From NCBI GenBank assembly GCA_041651055.1, contig JBAZJW010000001.1:472506-536505 (forward strand): a stretch of 64,000 bases of DNA, read 5' to 3'. Positions 38,268-47,850 of the stretch are shown in pieces. Source of the DNA: Minisyncoccota bacterium (lineage in GTDB: Bacteria; Patescibacteriota; Minisyncoccia; Phycocordibacterales; UBA5272). The position numbers were made by a program, and so were the translations under genes. The notes under the pieces are model-generated. The model ran no database searches. It worked only from the letters and a program-made list of their open reading frames with translations, and was not told the origin of the DNA. Each line of letters begins with the position of its first letter. Within the stretch, counting starts at the first letter, position 1.

Positions 38268-38339
38268 GCCCCTGTAGTTAAATGGATATAACTGCGGACT
38301 TCTAAGCCGTTATTGCTGGTTCGATTCCAGCCGGGGGCA
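38268..38339 (+). tRNA. tRNA-Arg (TCT)
   Basis: Acceptor GCCCCTG/CGGGGGC (one G-U). Anticodon loop CTTCTAA. T-arm GCTGG-TTCGATT-CCAGC. Confidence 0.75.
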
Positions 38340-38426
38340 CAAAACGTTAAGAAAATCTTTTCTGCTAAAGATTTTTAGTTTTGTGTGCCGCAGTGATGTT
38401 TTGTTTTTATTGTCTTCCAGACAAAA

Positions 38427-38482
38427 ACAAAACCACGAGGCGGGCCGTCTACAGGTGTCGACTAATTTACCAGTCGACTTCG
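38427..38482. repeat. Inverted partial copies of repeat arms found near other tRNAs
   Basis: 38442-38482 is the reverse complement of the gtcgac-palindrome segment of R1 (36253-36293). 38427-38441 (aaaccacgaggcggg) is an inverted ccgccgctcgtggttt arm. Confidence 0.55.
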
Positions 38483-38579
38483 AGAGTACTTATGAGCAAC
38501 TCATACGAAGTATGATTAGTGCAATTAGTAACTCGTGACCAAAGTGTAAAGAAATCTCCCTTACGGGAGATTTCTATTT

Positions 38580-38837
38580 TTAATGGTAGATAATTTTTTC
38601 AGCTTTCTGCAAAGCCCCACTCGGATCTCGTAAGTATTCTTCTAATAATCCAGAATCAGCTTTGAGCATTAGGTCGACATCATTTGCATGTTTATCTATA
38701 AAAACAAAAATATCCTCTTGATGTCTACCTGCGAGCTCTACTTGTAACTTATTTCGAAGGCCAACAATATCTTCTGCGGACATTTGCATCTGTTCATTTA
38801 CTGGCACCCCTGTTCCTCCCATTTGTTCCATGTTCAT
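38580..38837 (-). CDS. Hypothetical small protein (possibly YbaB/EbfC-like)
   Basis: 85 aa. Q/M-rich N-terminus then a beta-rich segment. Confidence 0.35.
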   Translation of the reverse strand: MNMEQMGGTGVPVNEQMQMSAEDIVGLRNKLQVELAGRHQEDIFVFIDKHANDVDLMLKADSGLLEEYLRDPSGALQKAEKIIYH

Positions 38838-38846
38838 ATATAAAAA

Positions 38847-39080
38847 TTATTCGTACTCTACTTCCCTCTTCAGTCTATCCTCCAATTTCCTTCCCAGCAT
38901 TCTCCTCGCGTCCCCTGTTCCACATACGACCACGTTATCCTTGCCAATTTTGTGCACGACCATATCGAGAACTTCGTTGATAGCTCGTGTTATTTCTTTT
39001 TCTATTACAAGCTTACCGACCGGGATCATTTCACCGTCGAAGGTAATGTAATCATCTTGTATACAGATATGGTGCGTCAT
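38847..39080 (-). CDS. Hypothetical small protein
   Basis: 77-aa ORF. Confidence 0.35.
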   Translation of the reverse strand: MTHHICIQDDYITFDGEMIPVGKLVIEKEITRAINEVLDMVVHKIGKDNVVVCGTGDARRMLGRKLEDRLKREVEYE

Positions 39081-39082
39081 GT

Positions 39083-39706
39083 CTAAAGTATACCCCGCAC
39101 TTTAAGCAAGACATAGAGAGCAATGAGCGCAACAAGAATAATTGTTGCATTCTTTGTGTGCTTCAATATGTAAACGCGAGCTTCTTTTCCAAAATAGAAT
39201 GAGAAGTACGCAACGATTCCCACACGAATAAAACGTCCGAGGAAAAAGGCTACGAGCACCACGGGAAGTGACAAAGAAAATACTCCCGACAAAAAAGCAA
39301 ACACCCTGTCCGGAAGAGGCGTAAACGCTGCCAAAAATAAACTTACGAAAGTATTGTGCGCAAAAAGACTTTGTGTGTATGTTGCCAAGCTAGATGAACT
39401 AAATAAGGTGTGGAAAAAAGCTTCGTACGATCTATACAAATACTTGCCTAAAAAATAAAGAAGACCTGCTCCAAGTGTGGACCCTGCTGCTGAAATCGCA
39501 CTTAGTAATTTCCATGAAATATCTTTACGATATGAAAGCACCGCAGCAACCACAAGCTCAGGAAGAAGTGGTGAAATAGTCGTCTCAAGAAAAGCTACGA
39601 CAAATATTCCTGTCTTTATCCATGTACGCGTCGCAACATATTTAACCCACCTATCAATACGAGTTACTTCTTCTTGTAAATTTTTCTCAACGAAGTCTTG
39701 TTCCAT
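39083..39706 (-). CDS. DedA/TVP38-family membrane protein
   Basis: FLETTISPLLPEL and LGRFIRVG blocks resemble DedA signature regions. Start taken at an internal Met to reduce overlap. Confidence 0.5.
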   Translation of the reverse strand: MEQDFVEKNLQEEVTRIDRWVKYVATRTWIKTGIFVVAFLETTISPLLPELVVAAVLSYRKDISWKLLSAISAAGSTLGAGLLYFLGKYLYRSYEAFFHTLFSSSSLATYTQSLFAHNTFVSLFLAAFTPLPDRVFAFLSGVFSLSLPVVLVAFFLGRFIRVGIVAYFSFYFGKEARVYILKHTKNATIILVALIALYVLLKVRGIL

Positions 39707-40070
39707 TTGGGAGAATTTTTGTTGGATTAAGCAGTGCGAGAGTCTCACCCTCACTTCCGGCGAGAATCATACCTTGTGATTCGTATCCACGAAGCATGCG
39801 CGGTGCGAGATTTGTTACGAAAGGAAACTGCTTTCCGAGCAAGTCTTCAGCTTGCACGTATTCACGTATACCAGACAAAATCTGTCGCGGTTTTTCTTCT
39901 CCGAGATCCACGGATAAAATGTAGAGCTTGTCTGCCCCTTCTACAACAGCCACCGAAAGCACGGTGCCCATACGTATTTCGATTTTCTGAAAATCATCAA
40001 TCGTAGCGAAAACTTTTTCCGGAACCACTGTCACATTTTCCTTTTTTATATCTTCAGTTGTTTCGTTCAT
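39687..40070 (-). CDS. tRNA-binding protein (CsaA/Trbp111-like Myf domain)
   Basis: IDDFQKIEIRMGTVLSV...ADKLY...QILSGI...FPFVTNLAPRMLRGYESQGMILA pattern. Confidence 0.7.
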   Translation of the reverse strand: MNETTEDIKKENVTVVPEKVFATIDDFQKIEIRMGTVLSVAVVEGADKLYILSVDLGEEKPRQILSGIREYVQAEDLLGKQFPFVTNLAPRMLRGYESQGMILAGSEGETLALLNPTKILPNGTRLR

Positions 40071-40079
40071 ATCTTCACT

Positions 40080-40535
40080 TTACCAATTATCTGCATTTGT
40101 GTCATCCTCTTCCTCATCATCCCCCACTTCTTCGTCAGAGATACTTGGTCCATTAACTTTATCCAAGTGTCGCTGAAGCACGATAGCCGCCGCCTGATCA
40201 TCCACATTATGATTCCCTTCATTGCCTGGCTGCTTGCGCGCCTCCACGGTCGAGTACCACTCCTTTTCAAAAACAACACGTACATCGATAGCATTTTCTA
40301 TCTGTGTGCCGAAAGCTCTCGCCTCTTTAGCGATAGCGTTTGGTTTTCCTTTTTGATCGACACTTTCCCCGATGACAACGGTACTGAATTTCATTTCGCG
40401 AATAAGTTCTAGTGTGTCGGGAAGAAGTGACTTGTCGTTCGGCGAAATCATCAAAGGATACGCCATGCGTCCTTCGTCATCTGATTGTGCGAACCCTACT
40501 TTTTTAGATCCAAAATCTATTCCTAAATATTTCAT
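40080..40535 (-). CDS. ruvX: Holliday junction resolvase-like RuvX/YqgF
   Basis: MKYLGIDFGSKKVG N-terminus (RNase H fold) and an acidic C-terminal tail. Confidence 0.8.
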   Translation of the reverse strand: MKYLGIDFGSKKVGFAQSDDEGRMAYPLMISPNDKSLLPDTLELIREMKFSTVVIGESVDQKGKPNAIAKEARAFGTQIENAIDVRVVFEKEWYSTVEARKQPGNEGNHNVDDQAAAIVLQRHLDKVNGPSISDEEVGDDEEEDDTNADNW

Positions 40536-40742
40536 GAAGAACAGTTTACCGTTTTTTGGAAGAAAATTCTAGGGATTTGAGATGTGTGATTTTCCTGCAA
40601 ATTTCATGTCGCTGTCGCTGAACAAAAATGGCCCACCAATTTCTTGGTGGACACATTTTTATACGAGGATATTTGCGGAGGCATATCCATAGTCGCGAGT
40701 ACGCTCGCGATTTTGCGGAGGAGGTGAGATTCGGTTACAAAG

Positions 40743-40819
40743 TCTAGTTTTGTGAATACACAAAACAGAAGACTTCGCGACCCCTATTCTCATCTCGCGC
40801 AAGTGACGCAGGTCACTTG
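40743..40819. repeat. Copy R3 of the composite repeat, directly after the partial tRNA-Ser copy
   Basis: ggttacaaagtctagttttgtgaatacacaaaacagaagacttcgcgacccctattc, then the hairpin gcaagtgac-GCAG-gtcacttgc. The stem is compensated relative to R2; the loop is conserved. Confidence 0.6.
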
Positions 40820-40836
40820 CTACTGTCCCTCGCTGT

Positions 40837-40880
40837 GAATATAAAAAGCACAAGGTTGAAACCTTGTGCTTTTTATATTC
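40837..40880. repeat. 44-bp AT-rich palindrome
   Basis: gaatataaaaagcacaaggtt-gaaa-ccttgtgctttttatattc. Confidence 0.6.
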
Positions 40881-41010
40881 AAGCGGTGATGTCGGGTTAA
40901 GTGCCCACAGGGTCAACCCACATAAGGGTATTCTAGCATCTTTTACTTAGTGGATTCGAGGACAGTGGGTCGGGTCTTAATAGACAGAATAGACACTATA
41001 AAAAGAAGAG

Positions 41011-42135
41011 CTAATGTTTATGACCGTGTGTGCTTTCCGCATCAGATACCTTTCCATGAAGCATATATGAAGCAATAAGTGTTGTTATTGGAACGGCAAG
41101 AACTAGGCCAATACTACCAATTAAAATACGAACCACTTCTGTTGCAAATACTTCACTATTTAAAATAAAGAGAACTCCAACAGTCGAACTCTGTATAAGC
41201 AGCAGCAATGGAAGAGATGCTCCGACATATGCGATGGCCAGAGTATTTACCAAAGCACCAATATGCTCTCGACCAATACGTATTCCTCGCTTATAAACTT
41301 CTTTACGCGTCATATGCTTGCCAGCTCTAAACAACTCTTCTATCGCGATTGCTTGCCCTATTGCAATGTCATAGAGAACCCCAAGAAGTCCTATCATAAT
41401 CCCGCCGAACAAAAGCCCAACCATACTTATCACTCCACGACTATCTAGTGTAAGATAGGTGGCCTCCTCTGAGCTATATCCACTAAGATTTCCTGCGTGC
41501 ACCACACAGTATGCGGCGAGGCCTGCCATGATAACAGTGATAATCATGCCGACTACTGCGGCAGTAGTTGTTCTGTTAAAGCCGTGAGTAATATACGACC
41601 CAGCAACAATAATTAAAGAAGCCACACCAATACTTACCAGTACCGCATTGTATCCGCCGTAGATACCGGGAATAAGAAGATAGAAGATTAGGAAGAAGCT
41701 ACCTATCAAACTAGCCAATCCACGCACTCCTTGAATGCCACCGAAAACAAATATAAGAACTACAAAAGTAACGGCTAGCCACAAAAGAATATCGAGCCGG
41801 TACGGGTCAGCCACCGACCAGTAGTCAGAACCATCTAAATGATTACTTTGGTGTCGAGCATAAAAGATCTCCCCTTCTTTTAGTTGAATATAATCATTCT
41901 TAAAGGTTGCTGTCTTCCCCTGATCTTTACCGCTGATGACTTCTATTTTTATGGTTTGTGTTTGGCCTACGGTATCAGTTCCAGGAATAGTTGTTGTTCC
42001 ATGATCTAAAATTTGAACTACTTTAGCTTTTTCGAAAGTTTCAGTATCTGCTACAAGTGTTGCGTCTTGAGCAAATGACAAAGTAGGCATAAGAGTGAGA
42101 CTAAACAATGATAGGAAAAGTAGCTTCTTTAACAT
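41011..42135 (-). CDS. YibE/F-family membrane protein
   Basis: Signal peptide, soluble N-domain, then ~8 TM with YibE/F-like glycine-rich helices. Confidence 0.65.
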   Translation of the reverse strand: MLKKLLFLSLFSLTLMPTLSFAQDATLVADTETFEKAKVVQILDHGTTTIPGTDTVGQTQTIKIEVISGKDQGKTATFKNDYIQLKEGEIFYARHQSNHLDGSDYWSVADPYRLDILLWLAVTFVVLIFVFGGIQGVRGLASLIGSFFLIFYLLIPGIYGGYNAVLVSIGVASLIIVAGSYITHGFNRTTTAAVVGMIITVIMAGLAAYCVVHAGNLSGYSSEEATYLTLDSRGVISMVGLLFGGIMIGLLGVLYDIAIGQAIAIEELFRAGKHMTRKEVYKRGIRIGREHIGALVNTLAIAYVGASLPLLLLIQSSTVGVLFILNSEVFATEVVRILIGSIGLVLAVPITTLIASYMLHGKVSDAESTHGHKH

Positions 42136-42153
42136 AGTGTAAGTATACCAATC

Positions 42154-42585
42154 TTATTTTTTACTGCAGGCTTTACAAAGACCGAAGAACTCAAGCGAGT
42201 GAGAGTTAATGATAGAAAAGTTCTTTGAAGACTTAAGAACTTCTTTCTGAAGATTGGCCTGTTCACAGTGTTCAATATCTTCAATCTTCCCACATCTCTC
42301 ACATACGATGTGATGATGGTGGTGGTCTTCATGAAGAAATTCATAATAGGCAGCGGTGTCTTGGAGATTAATCTTTCCAACGATTTTTGAGGTTACAAAA
42401 TCCTCTAGCGCACGATAGAGCGTAACCTTGTCCATTACCTCTCCCATTTCCTTTTGTATCTCTCCTGCAGTTAAGGGTTTCTTGGAGCGACTAAGAAATG
42501 ATAGAAGTGCGATTCGCCCGGGTGTAATTCTGTACCCGTGCTCCCGCAATAACTCTTCGTGTCCCAAAGTGTCTTTAGATTTCAT
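42154..42585 (-). CDS. Fur-family metalloregulator
   Basis: Winged HTH, HHHHH and CxxC...CxxC metal sites. Confidence 0.8.
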   Translation of the reverse strand: MKSKDTLGHEELLREHGYRITPGRIALLSFLSRSKKPLTAGEIQKEMGEVMDKVTLYRALEDFVTSKIVGKINLQDTAAYYEFLHEDHHHHHIVCERCGKIEDIEHCEQANLQKEVLKSSKNFSIINSHSLEFFGLCKACSKK

Positions 42586-42670
42586 AGTTGCATTAGTATA
42601 CCACTAACGCAACTCTATTGCAATAGTAAGTTAGATGTTGTATATTCTATATGCAACTCATTTGTGTTAT

Positions 42671-43498
42671 ATGAAAATAGCATTCGTCGGAAAAGGAGGC
42701 AGTGGAAAAAGCTCCGTATCATGGCTAGCTGTTAAGACTATAGAAGATATAGGGTCTTCAGTCTTGGCTATTGATGCTGACCATAATATGGATCTTACTT
42801 CTAACTTAGGACTTGATCCTGAGACTACTCCTCTTATGCATAAAACTGAACAAGAGTTTATGGAGCAAGTAGGTGTTTCAAAAGTAAGCGGTGTACTTAA
42901 CAAAGACATAACCACTCTTCCTTCATTTACGACAGACCCTCAGGACTCATACACAGCGTCTATAGCTACATATGTGAGTGATAAAATTTCTCTTATCAAT
43001 ATCGGACTAGGAGCGCCTGATGTTATGTTTTCGGGTAAATGCGCTCACGGTCTATCTGGTCCGCTTAAATACTATCTTGGATTGCTCGATGAAAAGGACG
43101 ACTTTGTAGTAATCGACAGTGTTGCGGGTGCTGACATGCTTAATTACGGACTCTACGCAGGAATTGATGCAGTGATTGGGGTTGTGGAGCCACACAGAAA
43201 CAGCGTTAAAGTATTTGAGCAGATACAGGATATTTGCCGCAAGTCTTTGATTCCATGTTTTGCTGTTGTTAATAAACCGACAGATAATGAATTCTATAAA
43301 GACTTTGTTTCAAAGAATGGCGAGAAGATTTTAGGAGAAATTCCATTTGATGAAAATGTAATGTCTTATAACTACACAAGGGTACAAACAAAAACAAAAC
43401 AAGCTATGACTTCTGTATTAGAAAAGATTAAGCGCTTAAAGAAGAGGGGCAATCTTACAACTATCAAGAGTTTTCAAGATATGAAGACAAGTAAGTAG
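42671..43498 (+). CDS. ParA/MinD/CooC-family P-loop ATPase
   Basis: Deviant Walker A KIAFVGKGGSGKSS. Start taken at the internal Met of the longer ORF. Confidence 0.65.
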   Translation: MKIAFVGKGGSGKSSVSWLAVKTIEDIGSSVLAIDADHNMDLTSNLGLDPETTPLMHKTEQEFMEQVGVSKVSGVLNKDITTLPSFTTDPQDSYTASIATYVSDKISLINIGLGAPDVMFSGKCAHGLSGPLKYYLGLLDEKDDFVVIDSVAGADMLNYGLYAGIDAVIGVVEPHRNSVKVFEQIQDICRKSLIPCFAVVNKPTDNEFYKDFVSKNGEKILGEIPFDENVMSYNYTRVQTKTKQAMTSVLEKIKRLKKRGNLTTIKSFQDMKTSK

Positions 43499-43586
43499 TG
43501 CTCAATACGTTTTGTCTGCATTTGAATATGCAGGTAAAACGTCAGAGTGCTCCTTATCATCAATCCAACTTCATGGAGAAGTCATC

Positions 43587-43937
43587 ATGTCTTTGCCTTC
43601 AATCGCAACTGTCGATACCAAGAACCTCAAGCCCGAACAGCTGGAAGACCTGCTGTTTGAGGCCATCAAGAAAGACCTTCCCTTGGCGTTCGCCTGGTTC
43701 AAGAACTTGAGCCTGGGCGTCCACCACAAGGAAGACCCCGCGACGCCGCTCGCTTCCCAGATCAAACGTGTCGTTGCCGACGGCATGCGCCACGTTCTCG
43801 AGAAGAAGCTGTTTGACGGCAAGCGGATCGTGTTTGCGAACTGCTGCGACGTGATCGTTGATCCCCCGAAGGGCTTCAACGCCGTCCTGTTCCAGTTCGA
43901 GACACAGAATGGGAAGCTCAACTATGCCGACTGCTGA
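43587..43937 (+). CDS. Hypothetical protein, GC-rich cassette gene 1
   Basis: ~57% GC against a ~40% background. Start chosen at the ATG preceded by ggagaag. Confidence 0.5.
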   Translation: MSLPSIATVDTKNLKPEQLEDLLFEAIKKDLPLAFAWFKNLSLGVHHKEDPATPLASQIKRVVADGMRHVLEKKLFDGKRIVFANCCDVIVDPPKGFNAVLFQFETQNGKLNYADC

Positions 43938-44295
43938 GAGTTCGTTCAGCGCTTTCCTAGCCGAAAACGCGGATCATCTCCTCCTGCTTTGCCGAAAGGA
44001 AGGCTTTGCGTTCTCGGTGAAAGAAAGTTCGCGGTGCATAACCGTGCGGTGTACGCTGCCTGGGGGTCACGTCCGCTTCGTCATCTTTGACGATCATCGG
44101 ATTGAAAATCCTCACGGTGGCAAACCGCACGTGTGCAACCAATGGCACAAGGCGGTCGGCGACCCCATCTCGTACACGATGGGGAAAGACATGGCTGATG
44201 CTTCGCAGTTAGAAAGTGTGCTTCGTGCCACAGCTGTGATGTGTCTTACGCAAAGCGAAGCGTACAACACCATGAAGGAAACAATCTTCCAGTAG
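43924..44295 (+). CDS. Hypothetical protein, GC-rich cassette gene 2 (Rx4H HEPN-like motif)
   Basis: ATG overlaps the upstream stop (ATGCCGACTGCTGA). Contains DDHRIENPHGG. Followed by a terminator. Confidence 0.5.
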   Translation: MPTAESSFSAFLAENADHLLLLCRKEGFAFSVKESSRCITVRCTLPGGHVRFVIFDDHRIENPHGGKPHVCNQWHKAVGDPISYTMGKDMADASQLESVLRATAVMCLTQSEAYNTMKETIFQ

Positions 44296-44333
44296 TAATC
44301 TTCTTCTGCTGCAACAAGTCTCCTAATGTGGGA

Positions 44334-44362
44334 GCGGCCCGATTTCAGTCGGGCTTTTTTAT
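44334..44362 (+). terminator. Intrinsic terminator after the GC-rich cassette
   Basis: gcccga-tttcag-tcgggc followed by tttttt. Confidence 0.7.
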
Positions 44363-44386
44363 TGTTTTAAAAAGGTATATACCATT

Positions 44387-45067
44387 TTAGTAACTGGAAT
44401 ACTTATATCTTTCCTCTTCAGTTTCTTGAACAACGAAATCTACTCGCTTCGCACTTCCATCAAACATATTGTCATCAAGCGAATAGGTAACTGGTTTTCC
44501 TCGTGCTGAGTACTCGAGTGTCTTGAACAGATATCCAAGGAACGAGCCTGTATACCTGTATCTGCGAGTGCACCCAAGAATGATTTGGTCTATCTCGTCT
44601 TGAAATCCTTTCCATTTGTGAATCTGGTAATACTTATCTATCCATTCATCAACAACGCACCGTACCCATCTGACAATCTCATTGCTCGCTACCATGTTTC
44701 CTTTCTGGGATACTCTGACTAAGCGAATGATTATCTTGTTCCGTAGGTTTCTGTCATGCTCATCTTGCGGAGCAATAAATATGTAAAGCTTCTTCTGATA
44801 CTTTATTAAAATCTTATCTACCTCTTCTTGTTTGCTGTACTGCTTACGAACTCTCACTCTGTACCGTGCCCATCGCTTCGCATGTGATCTCTCGATTGAA
44901 GAAGTTATGGTATCCCAATCGATACTTCCGTCTTCGGTTCGTATGTTGTTTCGGAAATAATGATAGACAGTTTGTAGATGCTTAAATATCCAAGAGCTAC
45001 TGAATGTCTCTGGCTGTAGTTCTGCTAATTTTGAGTTGAGTTGTGCTATGGCTCTATCAAAATTCAT
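44387..45067 (-). CDS. Hypothetical protein
   Basis: 226-aa ORF inside the island. Confidence 0.5.
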   Translation of the reverse strand: MNFDRAIAQLNSKLAELQPETFSSSWIFKHLQTVYHYFRNNIRTEDGSIDWDTITSSIERSHAKRWARYRVRVRKQYSKQEEVDKILIKYQKKLYIFIAPQDEHDRNLRNKIIIRLVRVSQKGNMVASNEIVRWVRCVVDEWIDKYYQIHKWKGFQDEIDQIILGCTRRYRYTGSFLGYLFKTLEYSARGKPVTYSLDDNMFDGSAKRVDFVVQETEEERYKYSSY

Positions 45068-45076
45068 TTCTCATAA

Positions 45077-45373
45077 TTATCCTCTCACAAAGCCCATCAG
45101 TAAACCAAGTGCAATCATGCCACCAACACCGATAAGGATCCACTTCATAGTAAGTTTGAAATCTTTACTCATTCCTTGTGGCTGTTCAACAACGTGACCC
45201 GCAATGTGAACGTCTTTTGTTAAAGCCCATACGAGTGCAACTACCCAACCGATGAATGTCCACCCTAAGAAGATGTTTAACATGAGCACTGCCATTCTGT
45301 TTAACTTCTTGTTGTTAAACGCAATGATGGATGGAATAAAGTAGAGAACTGTGAGAATTATAAATAGAACCAT
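45077..45373 (-). CDS. Small membrane protein (3 TM)
   Basis: 98-aa hydrophobic ORF. Confidence 0.5.
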   Translation of the reverse strand: MVLFIILTVLYFIPSIIAFNNKKLNRMAVLMLNIFLGWTFIGWVVALVWALTKDVHIAGHVVEQPQGMSKDFKLTMKWILIGVGGMIALGLLMGFVRG

Positions 45374-45804
45374 AGTTATTTAATTAATTGATAACTGTGG
45401 TGAGATACAAAAAGCCCACCACGTGAGTGAAGTCTTGCGACTTCCATATCCGTTTCCAGATATGACCGGTAAAGGTAAATCCCACATGATGGGTTCTTTA
45501 TCCTTTACCGGGTTTTCGACCATACCTTACAAGAAATTCTCACAAGGGTTAGGTCTCTTTATTGATTTGTTGTTTTATTTTATCACTTTTAGTGACTTTT
45601 GCATCCTAGCTTAGCTTCAGGTGTTTGTGTAGTCTTGACTTCAACCAAGTGTGAGGCATACACTGGGAGCAGTTCAGAAGCAAAACGAAATACCTACCTA
45701 AACAGAAGAGGACGGAATACCCATTCCCAACCCTCGCTTGTTTGGGTGGGTATTTTTGTTTCTGACATACCTAAACGGATTTACTAATTAACAATATATT
45801 TGTT

Positions 45805-47133
45805 ATGAATAATCTAAACATTGTGTATGTTAGCGTAACAGACATTAAGCCCGCAGAATATAATCCGCGCAAGTGGAGCGAAACTCAAGCGGAAGCTCTT
45901 AAGGAGAGCATTACTAGATTCGGTATGGTGGACCCACTCATCTGTAATTTATTTGAGGGACGAAAGAATATTCTCATCGGAGGACATTTCCGTTTCAAGA
46001 TTGCACAGGACTTAGGATTCGCTGAAGTTCCTGTGGTGTATGTTTCAATCTCTGACCTTGCTAAGGAAAAGGAACTCAACCTTCGTCTTAATAAGAATGT
46101 CGGTGAGTTTGACTTCACTCTTCTCAAAGAGTTTGATGAAGCATTCCTTGAAGATATTGGTTTTGGTTCTTCTGAACTAGATACTATCTTCGATATAGAA
46201 ACCGTTGAAGAGGTATTTGATTTAGAAAAGGAACTTAAGAAGTTAGATATTAATGAAGTAAACGTAAAGAAAGGAGATATCTATGAACTCGATGGCTCAC
46301 GCCTTATGTGTGGTGATTCAACAGTAGACGGTCAGTGGGAAACACTTTGTAACGGTAACCTTGCAGACATGTGCTTCACAGACCCGCCATATATTTTGGA
46401 CTATCTTCATGGCAAGACTCGTAACGGTAAAGCAACAGAAGGATTCGGTACAAAGAAGAATCGCAGGTATTTAGAAACAGAATCATTACCAGATAATTTC
46501 ACTGACCTTTGGATGGAACAAATTGCTAAAGTGCAGAAGAAGGACTTCTCAATCATCGTGTATGAGAATCCAAAGAACCTGCGAACCATTTGGAACGCAC
46601 TTGAGAAACATTGGAAGTACCGCAATACGATTATCTGGCACTTACCAAACCGTATGCAGGGATTCTCTGCGAAGTACAAGTTCTTCAATAAGCATGACTT
46701 CGCTATTGTTGGATCAATTGGAAACGTGGAACTCAATCTTAAAGACGAGGACGATCTCTTCCAAACGGAATACGAGACAGCGCTCTTTGCAACGTCTGGC
46801 TCACCTTATTGGGAATCCTATGGTAAAGGCAAGAAGTACTGCCCAACGGATTTCATTGAGTACAAGTCATCGGATGCAAAATCTTCTGGGCAAGGAATAA
46901 TCTTCGGTACGAAACCACTGGAGATTCTCATCTCGTATATCAAAGTACTCACTAAACGCAATGACTTAATCCTAGAGCCGTTTGGAGGGTCAGGAAGCAC
47001 GTTAATTGCTTCAGTTAAGATGGGACGTCGCTGTTACATTATGGAAAAGTCACCAGTATACGCAGAAGTAATTCTCAAGCGCTGGGAGAAGGCCACTGGA
47101 AAGAAACCAGTTAAGGTAGAACTCCATGGCTAG
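45805..47133 (+). CDS. ParB-like N-terminal domain fused to an N6/N4 DNA methyltransferase (beta class)
   Basis: ParB/Srx block IGGHFRF. DPPY motif IV (CFTDPPYILDY) precedes FxGxG motif I (EPFGGSGSTLIA). Confidence 0.8.
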   Translation: MNNLNIVYVSVTDIKPAEYNPRKWSETQAEALKESITRFGMVDPLICNLFEGRKNILIGGHFRFKIAQDLGFAEVPVVYVSISDLAKEKELNLRLNKNVGEFDFTLLKEFDEAFLEDIGFGSSELDTIFDIETVEEVFDLEKELKKLDINEVNVKKGDIYELDGSRLMCGDSTVDGQWETLCNGNLADMCFTDPPYILDYLHGKTRNGKATEGFGTKKNRRYLETESLPDNFTDLWMEQIAKVQKKDFSIIVYENPKNLRTIWNALEKHWKYRNTIIWHLPNRMQGFSAKYKFFNKHDFAIVGSIGNVELNLKDEDDLFQTEYETALFATSGSPYWESYGKGKKYCPTDFIEYKSSDAKSSGQGIIFGTKPLEILISYIKVLTKRNDLILEPFGGSGSTLIASVKMGRRCYIMEKSPVYAEVILKRWEKATGKKPVKVELHG

Positions 47134-47788
47134 TCGTAGGGCTAGCAAAACACCTAAACAGAAAAAGTCTCCTCAATCTGAAACGGCGACCCAGAAAGAG
47201 AAACTACTTGTGCAGTTAACCAAAGTTCCCATTGTGCAGATTGCCACAGAGCGAGTCGGTATAGGACGCTCTACGTATTACGCGTGGCGAGATACCGATG
47301 AAGAGTTTCGAGAGCTAGCAGACAAGGCATTACGAGAAGGAAACTGTGTCATCAATGACTTGGCTGAATCTCGCCTTATTAAGAATATTCAAGAAGGCAA
47401 CAATACTTCGATTATCTTCTGGCTGAAGAACCACAGCAGTAACTACTCAGACCGTATCGTTCACCAAATGGAACTTCCTAAGTTTACAGCGGAAGACGCA
47501 AAAGAACTTGGGCAGACATTCCTTCGAGCATTTGGTGGGTCGCTTGCTAAAGTTCCTCAACATATCGTTGACGAGTTCCAGGACAAGAATTGGGAGTTAG
47601 ATGAAGATGAGCTTGAAACTCTTAACGAGCACATGAAGCAAGATGTGATTGTTCCGCTTACCGAGGAAGACATGGAAATGACTGATGAGGAAAATGAAGT
47701 TGTCGATCTTCCACCACCAAAGTCATCTCCAAATACGAAACGACGAGGTGTTAATTTGCAAGAGTTTGAGAAACGGAGGAAGAAGTAG
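47126..47788 (+). CDS. HTH DNA-binding protein, phage terminase-small-subunit-like
   Basis: HTH segment VQIATERVGIGRSTYYAWRD. Overlaps the MTase stop by 8 nt. Acidic C-terminus. Confidence 0.45.
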   Translation: MASRRASKTPKQKKSPQSETATQKEKLLVQLTKVPIVQIATERVGIGRSTYYAWRDTDEEFRELADKALREGNCVINDLAESRLIKNIQEGNNTSIIFWLKNHSSNYSDRIVHQMELPKFTAEDAKELGQTFLRAFGGSLAKVPQHIVDEFQDKNWELDEDELETLNEHMKQDVIVPLTEEDMEMTDEENEVVDLPPPKSSPNTKRRGVNLQEFEKRRKK

Positions 47789-47795
47789 ATAGAAT

Positions 47796-47818
47796 AAAAC
47801 CCACGTTACGTGGGTTTT
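47796..47818. terminator. Bidirectional hairpin between convergent genes
   Basis: aaaacccacgt-t-acgtgggtttt. Confidence 0.55.
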
Positions 47819-47850
47819 ATTCTTCAGACAATATGGTAGTAACTTGCATA

